A DNA stretch of 64,000 nucleotides from Hydrolagus colliei (Eukaryota), in contig CM068755.1 in the NCBI GenBank assembly GCA_035084275.1, positions 13,330,001 through 13,394,000 of the forward strand. Direction: 5' to 3'. The notes under the pieces are model-generated. The model saw only the letters and a list, made by a program, of their open reading frames with translations. It was not told where the DNA came from and did no database searches. Below are positions 24,816 to 36,600 of this stretch, piece by piece; position 1 is the first letter of the stretch, and each line of letters opens with the position of its first letter. Position numbers and translations under genes: made by a program.

Positions 24816-27537
24816 GCAATTAGATCCCAAATCAAATGCAGCATTAAAGTACTTCACAACTTAACTACATTCGCAGCAATACTGGTTCCTCTATTGATCT
24901 TTGCTTTTGCCCTACTTACGAGTAGAATTAAATATATTACTGCAGCAATATTGGAATCAACCTGTGATATTATTGCTACATCATCAGCTTAATTTACTTG
25001 TTGGAATAGATTTTGAGTTCTGCACTTCTGTAGACAACAGACTGTTGGCTGTATTTCAAAGGCATATGGTTGGTTTCTACAGGAACAAAACCAGAGCCAA
25101 ACATACAAATGGAATTTATATTCACCAAACAAGGCTAAGTATTCTCAGACATAACTCTCCTTCTCGTGGCTGATTTGAAAACACATTCTTTAAATATAGT
25201 CAATCTACCAGGACTAATATGTTACTGAGTTAAGGCAATGTCATTTATTAACATTTTATTTTGTTGTCCTGCAATATTTGGATTTTTAGATATAATCAAG
25301 TTGTAGCACTTTCATCATCGCACATTCACAAAGGGTACCATCTTTTCAAAATTCCATTCTCATTGCATGAATCCTGTCCCCACTCCCCATCTTAATTGCT
25401 CAAATAATATGACCAATTTCTACTCCAAAGGAGACAGAGGGTTCCACCCCAAGAAATTAGCCTGGAAAGAAGTTCATATGATCAGGATTATATTATGTTT
25501 GATACACCAGATGAACTTTTATAAAAACACAGCAGGTTAACCAACATCGGTCAGAAAAAGCGAGGTCACAGTGACCTTTCTTCAGATTGGAGCAATTGGA
25601 CTGGAGAGGGCTCAATATATTTTTTGAGAAGTCCATGTAGGAGCAGAGCAAATAAATGAAAACGATGTAGCCAAAGACCACATAGGCAGAGAATGTTTGT
25701 GGGCCATTCCAGATAGAGACAAGCTAGAAAGGGCATTAAAAGACTATAAGAATTGTGGTGGATTTACATGCTATTTTATGCAATCTGTTTCATCTCTAAT
25801 CCTTTTTGGGACATCCTCTATGAATGTAATTTTGTTGTTGTTTGTATCTATGACTTACTGAAGCACTTTGTGGGGTAATGTTGTGTGAATAGTACAGGCA
25901 CACCATCCCCCTACAAAATCTACAATCACAATACTTTACAGTATATCCTGAGTAACGCATTGAGACGTCCTTCTGACATGAAAAATTGCTATATCAAATT
26001 TAAGAATTATTATACATTATTAATGCCGGTATTAACCGACTCCTACAGATTGGCTCTGTAACAAGACCATCTCCTTCAAGCTATTAAAGACACATTAGCT
26101 GCCTCTACATATGCAGTTTGTCATTTCACATTTTGGTTAAAAGCTTCAAATTAATTTCCGTATATCGGTCTCAGGCATCTGCCTCAATCTTTGAAAAGGT
26201 TGCATCTCAAATACGATCCTATTTTTCTTGTGCAGATTTGGTCTGACCCACTATGTCTTTTGCATGTTTTATTACACATTTCAACCATTGATAGTATTTA
26301 TTTTTATTCCTACTCAGTAATTAAGCACTTAGTGCTGGATTCCATTTACAAGCTTGTCGAGGATTGTCCTGGTTGTCTGGCTTTGTTATCAAGTAACACT
26401 AGCATTGACTTTCTTTGGCCCAAGTTTGTTTCAGATGCCAATGGTGAACTTAGTCTGTTGACCGGGAATCCACGTCATGCAGCATGGTCTCAGGTGTCAG
26501 ATGCTCTTATCAGGTGAGCTGTTCCCTCTGGTATCTGGTTTCCCGGCTCAGCACAGCTGAACCAACATGACTTTTATTGATTTGCAGGGGTTTCAAAATG
26601 TCTTGGGTCCAATCAGCTGTGCACACTGGGCTCTCAAACTAACTTCTTGCCAATCCCTCATAAGACTTTCTCCCAACTGAGTGTTTTGTGATTCTTCCTG
26701 GTAAGTTGTTTAACTTGCAAAACTGCACTCTCTGATATGGCTGAGGAAATCTCCAATATTGCCATTACAATTTCTTTTTATTGTTGAGTACTGTATTGGT
26801 TGAAGAATATTCAAAATGTGGCAAATAGCTTTGAGCTGACAATAGGAGTTTTACGCTGGAACAAAGCCCTCTGAGTTCTTGGCCATTTCAAGTGCAATTT
26901 ATACTTCTTGTTCTACCTCACCTTCAGACAGGCGGGGGGGAAAAAAGTGGGAGTTCTGACTTTTCACCCTAATTTTTTTTAAATCCCTGCTTACAACAAA
27001 ATGAATCAGATTTTCACTGAGACAACATGACAAGTCAATCCCATGAATTTATTCTAAAAGGAACCATGTCCCCAGACAAACTCTTCAAGTGGAAGGCTGG
27101 TAATGTGCTATTTTATGCCATCTTGTTTGTTTGTGAAAAGTTGAATAAATCAATGAATCACTGTGCAGGTTTGCATATTTTCTATGAGCTACAGATTTAA
27201 AGGAAATTCTAGCACCAAATCTCTATGAATTTTCTTATGATAGACAGTAAACACTGCAATGAAATTGTGATGCAACTGTGATATATACTACTTTAGCTAT
27301 TATACAAGTAGGAACAATTTGCCAGAGCCAAAGACGTTTAAAATGTTGTGATTTTAAATTATCACATCATCAAGGTGATGTTATTTATGTTAGCGTTCAC
27401 AGAGAGATAGGTAGACAGCACACCAGATTTAATTATTTGCTTCAATTGGGAGAAGACAGATTAATTTTTGACAAAACTAAAATTGCATTATAAGTCATCT
27501 CTTTGAATATTATGTCTATGGTGGGTTTCTTACTTAC

Positions 27538-27594
27538 CCACTGGGCTAGTGCTGGCACCATTTGGCAATGTGAGCTCGCCAACCATCATGACAC
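27538..27594 (-). CDS. MEF2A: MEF2A internal exon (GVMMVGELTLPNGASTSPVG)
   Basis: cttatttcAG|GT ... GTGG|GTAAGT; 57 nt, phase 1-1; aligns with MEF2A DLTVPNGAGSSPVG. Confidence 0.92.
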
Positions 27595-28022
27595 CTGAAA
27601 TAAGACCAATACACAGAAGGGTGTCAGCTTTACAATAAAGACAAAACAATTTTAATTGACTTTTACGGTCCACATAAATAATAATAATAATCCTTGCACA
27701 TTGTCATGCGTTATCACATCTTTGAGACACCTCGAAATGCTTCACAGCATATACTGTAAAATGAATTGACTGTATTTTGTGGGCGAAACGCTCACCAAAT
27801 AAAGGAGTTATCTTTTTGAAACAAGGCCTTAAATCCTCTAATTATTCCACATTGCACCCTGTCTCATTGTAAAGGACAGTCTGCAGTAGCAAATCTTCAC
27901 AACTCATTGAAAAAGAAGTCCCAAAAATAACCCATTTACGGTATTTTTTCTAAATAATACATCCCGTCAACAAGTGGTTACCCCACTATTGCAACAACTT
28001 TAATCAAAATAATTCTCAATAC

Positions 28023-28239
28023 CTGCATTACCAGTACTTTGTGGTCTCTGCGGAATGCCCGGTGATACAACATTTCTGTGCAGCGTAACTTGAGGTGGCG
28101 AAAGCATGCTGGCGTCTGTTAGCGACGAGGTTATCAACGAATGAGTTATTAAGCCTCCCTGGTTGCTGTACGTTAGGGTGTTGGGGTTGGACACAGGAAC
28201 AGCAACAGGCATCGCAAAGTTTTGTGGTGGCAAAGCAGG
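28023..28239 (-). CDS. MEF2A: MEF2A internal exon (PALPPQNF...QSTGNA)
   Basis: tattttcAG|CCT ... GCAG|GTATTG; 217 nt, phase 0-1. Confidence 0.95.
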
Positions 28240-30369
28240 CTGAAAATAAAACAACATTTTGTTAGCAAAATATTTACATTCATGTTTGTTTGTTTTAAAA
28301 ATAACTGCAATCTCATAAAGTTATCACCATATACAATTGGTTCCAATGCTATATAAGGCTAATTTTACTCCACACATTGACTTTGTATAGAAAATATTAA
28401 GTTATTGCATTAATTAATTTACCCAATTAGTATTAATATGAACGGCACGGCACCCACAATGTACAGAGAATGGACCACATGAACACAGCTACATATTTGT
28501 TCTTCATCCTTCAAAACAATTCCATCACACCCACCAAAGCAGAGTTTAATAATTACAATGAAAACATTTCTGGTGTTGGTTATCTAAATTGGTAGTAAAA
28601 AATACATTTTGCTAAAGTTTTGTCAGCGTTAAAACCATGCATCTAACTTAAACAATTCTTGAAATCAGAAAGGCTATGGCTTGAAAATAAAATATATCTG
28701 AGAAATCTTATGCAACTAATGAATATTTGCAGATTTAGGAATTCTTGAGTATATTAGAAAATGGAAATAAAGGTAGCATGTAAAGTTACAGTTATGCACT
28801 TAATACAATATTACAATTCTTCACAATGCATGTTAGCAAATTTCACAAAGCAAGACAAATTTGAAAGGCACACGACATTTGACAGGCAATTTCAGTTAAA
28901 TTCCATAATTATAAAGATAAAATGGGCAAGTGGCAAGCAAATATTAACCAGTTCTTGGGTAGAACATCAAAAATGTAGTTTAAACAATGGCAAAGGGATT
29001 GACCAGTAATGATTCAGAGTTGCTCGTGTGAAGTTCTGTCAGTAACCTCCACCTCGGTCACAGCTGATTCAAAGGATTCCCAATGCAAAGCACCATCAAT
29101 AGATGTGTTTTTCACACATTAGCACAGACATAAATGGCAAGTATATTGGCAAGATTCCTCATTACTGATTCACAGCCACTTTTGAGTGCTCTCTATCGCT
29201 AGCCATGACATATTTTTGACTCCAATATAAGGTTTAATGTACATTTGGTACTGTTATCTGTTTTGGGAAACAATTTTGGAATTACATAATACTCATGTAA
29301 CAAACTCACTATTGACAACAAAATAGTGAACAGTACTCAAAAACGCTGTCTTGGGAGGATTAGAACTACGGTATTCAAAACAAATGGTGATTTGAATATT
29401 GCGGAAAGCAATTTGAATAGAATTCATCACACAACTGCTAAATTGTACCATTGCATTTAGGGTTGGAATATGTTTGATGGTTTCAAAATGGATATTGAAT
29501 GCTCTGTGTCATATGCTGTCAAACGTATGTCATTGGATTATTTCCACACAGCCTTTCCAAACACAACCAAGTAGTACTTCCCGGACATGTGTTACAGAGC
29601 TCATAATTCAGGATGTTTTATATACGAGCATGCAACAGCAATTCAAAAGGCAAGCATACAACTCAAGGCTCATGTACAGTATAAACACTGGCATGGACGT
29701 GTTAGGTTGAATAGCTTGTGCTGTAGTAATTCTATGTGATTGTATTTGTCAAATGCATTTAATTACATCAAACACTATTCTTGTTACGTGGAGGAATGGG
29801 TTAAGCTTTTTAAAACAATACATTTTTTTAAAAAAAACTTGTGAATTGCCCAGACGACGATTTGGGGGGTAAAAATGTTTTTCCCCCATTTCATTCCAAA
29901 GATTCATAAACCTGCTTGCGCTATGAAAGTTGCGAGTGCCATGGGGGAAAATGTGATGAGTTTTGCAAATGTAAAGACTATAAAAAGAGCTCGAGGAAAA
30001 ACAACCTTAGCTCAACATGTCATGCATTAATGTACCTGCTGTATTTCATACATCAGATTGCAGGTACAGTAAAATACCGCGTGATAATAATGTTTGTGCG
30101 GAGGGAAAATGGAGGACTGCAATGGTGAAATTGCACAGTACGAGAGGAACAATTCATTCTAGCCGAAGTAATTAATGTGGGTTAGTTGTGAATTAGCTCA
30201 TGAGATTAGGTGCAATTTTTTTTTTTTTTTTGTAAATTAGCTCTTTATTTAATTCCTTCACAGCATGTTCAGTTGTTCCATGCAGCCTTCTTCAATCAAG
30301 AGGCAGCCAAATGGTTTGCAAGGAAATTAAAATCTCGAGCAAAATTACCATGGGCCAAGACGTACTTAC

Positions 30370-30507
30370 TGCGAGTTTGTGATTCCGCATCATGTTATCA
30401 AACTCTTCATTTATTTTTTTATATTTTTCCTCTGTGTGTGGGGTGAGCACGTATGATGAATCGGGCTCTGGACTGTCGCAGCCTCTGTGTTCTTTCTTGT
30501 TAAGAGC
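30370..30507 (-). CDS. MEF2A: MEF2A mutually exclusive exon alpha2 (46 codons; not in ORF track)
   Basis: ctgctAG|GCT ... GCA|GTAAGT; ALNKKEHRGCDSPEPDSSYVLTPHTEEKYKKINEEFDNMMRNHKLA, nearly identical to mammalian MEF2A alpha2; 138 nt, phase 0-0. Confidence 0.96.
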
Positions 30508-30558
30508 CTAGCAGATTTAAAGAACCAACACAAAAAAATACCAGATGAAGGTACTTAC

Positions 30559-30690
30559 ACCATATCGCTTGAACATTACATCATTATCTTCATTAAGCTT
30601 TCTGTATTTGTCTTCCATGAGTGGACTGTGCTCAAATGAATCATCTGCGTCTGGACTATCACAGTCATTAATTCCTTTCTTTCTTAAAGT
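30559..30690 (-). CDS. MEF2A: MEF2A mutually exclusive exon alpha1 (44 codons)
   Basis: tttcAG|ACT ... GGT|GTAAGT; [44 protein letters not shown]; 132 nt, phase 0-0. Confidence 0.96.
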
Positions 30691-33600
30691 CTGAAATACA
30701 ATTGGAAAATTCACACAAGACTACAAACTTGCTATGACAATGACTTTTTTTTAAAAAAAAGAAGTTACACAAATCACGTCTCGCATTTTGAGCCTTCCCC
30801 ACTGGCTTTGAAATATTCTCTTTTTTTTTAATAAATCTGTAAACTACATTAAAAGTCTGCACCAATGGCAAGCAAAGACCATTGTCCAATATAACAAATA
30901 TCCACAATCTCTCATTTTAAAAAAAGTTACAGTACTTAAGGTTAGTTACTCAAAATATGTAAATGTGCATGTTTGAGTGCATTTAATATAAAAATTGCAT
31001 TTCAGTTTTATTCTCTTTTTAAATACATCAAATTATAGGAAGGGAAATGACCCAGTCTTGCTTTTCATATGCAAATCTGCAGGACTTGATGCACAGTTGA
31101 AGGATTTCGTTTTCGTGCATGTTCCAACATAATCTGACAAACAGTATGGAAATGTCACAACAACCAACAACAACAGAAATGCTTTGCTTTGCATGATAGT
31201 AATATCTGGTTAGAGGTCAGAATGCCACAGCATGTAGATTAGCAGCATGAAAAAGTATCCACGTGACCAGATCCCTCTCTCAACCAGTTACCGGGATTTT
31301 CCATATTAGACAGTGAATAGTGCTGCTCTCTACTGCTGAGTGGCAGCCCATTGTCACTTCCCACAGTCACGCTCCTCTCGTCTTACCATCATCACCTGTG
31401 CAAACTAAACCATGTGTCAGTCAAAGACTCCAGTGCCCAGAGCAAGTGCCAAAATTAAACTTCTTAAAATTCCGAAAGGAGATGTTGTACCCCCCACCCC
31501 CCACGTACAAGATTCTGTGAACACATCCCACCAATATAAAGACTCAAATGTCATTGTTTTATGAAGTTAGATTGAAAACGAGTACCCTCTTCTCAGTGGC
31601 AATGCAAAGAATCCCACTTGTTTGCCTGCCTAAGTCATTGTTTGAAAACCAAGCCAAGGCTCAGCTGTTTCCAGATTGTATTCAATGGCACCATTCCAGC
31701 TATTCTGCAATACTTGCATTCTCAAACTGCACAACCTTATGATCACCACCACACCCAGACCAGTAGAATAAAGTTCCAGGGCTGTAAATTTGAATGCCTA
31801 ACTTGCAATTCATATCATCAGCTGCTTTTTCCTATTGTAATGACCGGCTCGTAACCCAGTGCCAACTATTCACAGTTTCACCATCAACAATAATAAGAAT
31901 ACTCCTTGCATTTGATACAGTATAGAGCTTTTCACGTCTTCTAGATAACTCAAAGCTCTTCACAGAAAATACAGTAAAGTGAATAGACTGTATATTTGTG
32001 GGCAAAACACAGCAGCCAATTGCGCACAGTGCTGTCTCAAAACAGTCGTGGATTAAAGTGACCTATTTATTATTTTTTTTAAAATAATTAACCCATTCAT
32101 TAACAAGTATCAAGTGGAATACATCGAGTTCAAAAGGATACCCATAGATTGACAAACGTCTAAAGAGGTAAACCACATCTTACAAACATTCAAAGAATCT
32201 GCAATATTCAACATCGTGACGTAACTAACAGCAACACAAATAGAACGAGTTTTCACATTTCTGTTGCTTTAGGATTCACTTTGCATTTATCTTTATTGGA
32301 TGTCAAAATGGGTCACTGCATGACATGTTTCACTATGTCTAATGTGATTAATTCCTAATTGCTCAAGAAGTTCCAGTGGCTTTGTGTTCATCCTAACATT
32401 ATACCTGGCAGTCTAATCGTTTTAATTTTTTACCCAAATCTTTTTTATTTGACAACAAGTCGAACAATTCAAATGGGTACAACACTAATATTATTGCCAA
32501 ATTATTTACGCTGTCCCGCTACTTATAGCCAGCTATTGTGTGTGGTTTTATTTCTGTGGTTCTTTGACTATACGATCTCCCTTCCAAGTAATTTCCTGTT
32601 TACTAATTGTTGATGCACGACTGTTTGCCGACTATCACTTATTTGTCTTTTACAAGAATTGGATGCAACAACAGAATTACATTTGTATAGCGCCTTTCAC
32701 ATCGGGAGGAAGTCCCAAGGCGCTGGGAAACAAAGTTTACACTGCTCTGTTAATAGCACTTATTGATAAACGATTAAGATGAAGACATCAAAACTGCTTT
32801 CCACCCATCACTGACAAGTAAACTGAAGGAGAAGTTCTGATGCATATATTTTAGTGGCCATGTAACTGATTACAACTTGTGTCCAAACAATTACTCAAGG
32901 GTTCGAACGCACGGCATACGCAGTTATACAATATCACATTGCTAAATAGAGCAGGTAATAAACCAAGGCCCAAACATACATTTCAGAGATTATTCTGCAT
33001 TTCACCGCAACTATATATCTTTTTAAATTCTAAAACAGAATATAGCAAGACTACATTGCTGTGGATTATTGCAATTACCGGCAATTGTGCATCCAATTGC
33101 TCGGTTACAAATTTATTTGTTAACTATGCATATTTTGCCACATTTTTATTTTGTAAATCAGCAAAACAGCATTAGTTTCTCTTCCTCTTTTTCTCTCTTA
33201 CTCGGAAGGTGTGACTGACTCATGCTGTGGTTTTCAGAGCTGCCTGCATATGCCTCTCTGGTGTCACCCCAGCGAATGGTCATTCTTCCTGTGTTAGCCT
33301 AGACATGGAGTGTGGTCTTTTAACATTCTGACCCTGGTAGTCAAGCTGAATCTTTTACTTCACACAACATGGGTGTCAGTAATTGCTGGGCTAAAGTATA
33401 GCTGGCTGAGTTATCTCTTTCTAGCCAAAGATGCTGAGACTAAACTGGAGCACTTTCACCATCATCTTGGCTAACCCGGTGCTGTTACGTTATTTTATTT
33501 TTAAATTCATGGCTGGGATGAACTGGAGTACATTTCTAAGCAGGTACAGCGGACTCGGACAGGCGAAGGGCAGGATAAGTTCGTGGACGTATCTCTCAAG

Positions 33601-36600
33601 ACAAAAGAAGGGATACAAATTGGGACTAGAGTGCGTATTCTTGGGAGTCGAGGCTCAAACAAATGTGGAGAGGATAAAAGTATGATCTCAGTGATATTGG
33701 TAGAAGGGATTGGAGCCGGAGGAAACAAAAAACATACACACATGAAATGCAAAGGTTATTATTTAGTTCTTTGCCACGACTGTGGAGATTAACGACAGAA
33801 GGTATATACTATATATAGTATACTATATGTAGTACATACAAAGTTTAACTCTCTCTTTAGGGGAGCTAGTGAATGGACCACATGACATCAGTCCAGAAAT
33901 CAGTTGATTGTGAAAGTACCAACAGTGGTACTATTTTAGTACAGTCAACAACAACTTATACATCCTTCATGCAGGGCAGCGTCCCAGAGCGCTTGACAGT
34001 GATAGAGCATGACCCCAAGCCAGGGAGAGGGGGGGGAGGTGACTGAGGGCATGGTCAATACTGTATGTAATATATACTCTACAGTTTTAAATTAAAAGGC
34101 AACTAGAATATTAGACAGATTGCCTTACAAACATGCTGTCCCTGCAACAGTGGTGGTTGGATCTTCTTATTAGTTTCACTGCTAAGAATTGCATCTCCAA
34201 ACTTTTTTTAAAAAAAAATTTTTTAAAAAAATCTGAAGCATTATCTGCGGTTTATATTCCCGCAATATTTTTGTTTGGGAGAAAAAATTAGGTTTTGCAT
34301 AAACCAATCCTGTCCAAACCTCCACCGATGCACAGTATCATTAAAATCCACACGTTGAACAGGTGCTGCCATTTCAAGCACCAGTCAAGCCCTTCAAGGC
34401 TATGATCTTCCACTACCGTCCAATCACTGCACGCTCGCTACACCATGGCCATACATGGCTCTGTTGTTTGGTGCCGTGAAGGTCATCGAGTGTGACCCCC
34501 GGCTAGTCCTCGCTGCCAGCTCAGACGGTTCCCAGCACTGATACCAGCAAGGCAAATATTCACTCTCCACTGGGAAAATGCTCAGCAGACAGGCTTTTAC
34601 GACTGTTTCTGGAAGTCTTTGCTCGATAGGATTCTGGAGGGTCTTCTGTCATCGCAGGGGAGCTAGGAGCAACAGCACTCCATTAAAAGATAACACAATA
34701 TCAAGCTTTTTTTCCCCTGATATCCAAGGCCTGTCATCTTATCACTTCATTTTGAGCTGTTACTTTCAGCCCTAAAGCCCTGAAATTATTTTGTTCTTTT
34801 TTATCATTAGGCAGTTACACACCAGCAAGAGTCTTGTTCTGTGCACAGTGGTACATCTGGAATGTTATAATCTGTTAACAAGGCCCAGTGGGGGCTATGG
34901 AAGAGATACAAGCCTCCATTTTCTCAAAGGCTACGTTTTCACTTTGATAAGATGTGTTCTTGTTTCAAAACAAACACAGGCAGATATGAACAGAATTGCC
35001 TTCTGCAGCCGAGTAATAGACATTGGGGAAAAGAATCCAGACAGATGTATTAAACTCAGCAAAGTGTACTGCAAACAGTACTTTTTGCAGCAAAATAAAA
35101 ATAGATTTAATCTTACAGTGTTTCTCAATACATTTTTTTCTCCTGTACTTTTGGCAAGTTGAAGCTAATCGTAATTTTACTAGTCCAACAGTGAACGACA
35201 GCTAATGGAACGGATATTGTGCAAATGGAAAAAAGGTCCACATCACTGATTCCAGGTATTTTCTACATCACCAGTGTGCAAACAAAAGCCATAGTAATTT
35301 CTGCTCAGTTTATACTGCTGGAAGCTTCACGATATTGTTTTCTGAAGTGAGTAAGAGCCGTATTTTGCATTAGTCAAGCTGCATTGGCAAGGAAAGCTCT
35401 GCACACACGCAAATTATTTAGGTCCATCCATTTATTGTAAATATTTTGAAGGTCGTCTTTCAAAATCGTCTCTTTTTCTGGTGAATGCAGGTAAAAGAGC
35501 AAGAAACAGAAGGCAACTTGCCAACTGATTTCAGGATTTAATGATAACCAGAACAGGCAGACAAGGCATTGATTTAACTCGTCATCCCGTATGCATAAAG
35601 GCAGATGTGAAAGGTAAAACACTGTATATAAATGCAGTATGTGCCTGGCTTGATAGAATGACTTTAGATCTACAGGCAATGTCACGCATTGTAGCTGAAT
35701 TCATGGGTCTGTTACCTGGAGTACGCCATCATCAATTGACTGGTTAAGTTTTTTTTTAACACCAGTCGGTAACATTTTTGAAACAATACAGGACTGAAAT
35801 GCAACACCAACTTTCTCATAAAATTTGTATAAAGGAATTAAGATGTAAAATAAAGCACAGCGAAATGGAAGCATCGAGCGGGATCGTCAATTCCATGTTA
35901 TAGTATATTGTCGTCATCCATACTTCCTCGTCAATTTGAGACGTCGGTGGAACAAAAAGATCTATAACTTGCAAGATTATCTCGGTGCCTTCTGTGAGCT
36001 GCAGTCGAGTAAAAGCCATTGCCTGGGAGTGCAACCTGGATTGCAGCCAAGTTATGAAAATGTTAACCTATTTTCTTTTCCCTGTGGATTATTACTCTTT
36101 TGAAATTCGAACTTCACTGAGAAAGGGAAGTGAACAGTACACCCTATGCTTCCAGTGATCTAGGTTCGCTTTGCTTCTTCCATTTTTTTTTAAATAAGAA
36201 AGATTTTAATATTTCGACCTATGATAGAGAAGAATGCTTATTAGCACATCACTGCATAAAGACACTGATTGAAAGACTCATTTGGATGGAACACATCATG
36301 CACAAATTAACGCGCTGTGCAATTGGTTGCATTGCAATATCGTTGGGTGTTGAGTGATAATAGCATAAGCGGTGGAAAAATCTTTTAAAGCTTGTCCTAC
36401 TTCTTCTGAACCCTCTGTATTCTGACCATTGGAATGAAAATTAAAAGGCTAAACTCTTCAATTTCCAAAAAGTCAATGATTAAAAGTGTTTCATTTTAAA
36501 AAAAAACATATTAAGATTTATAATACCAAGTTTACAGTATGATTAGCATACTGCTCAGAAGAATGGATCATACGGAGGGAATGCCTAGGCTGTAAGTCAA

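Noticed and set aside
33805-33822. MEF2 consensus CTATATATAG in an 18-bp palindrome (autoregulation)
   Set aside because: Embedded in TA low-complexity sequence; such matches are expected by chance in AT-rich DNA.
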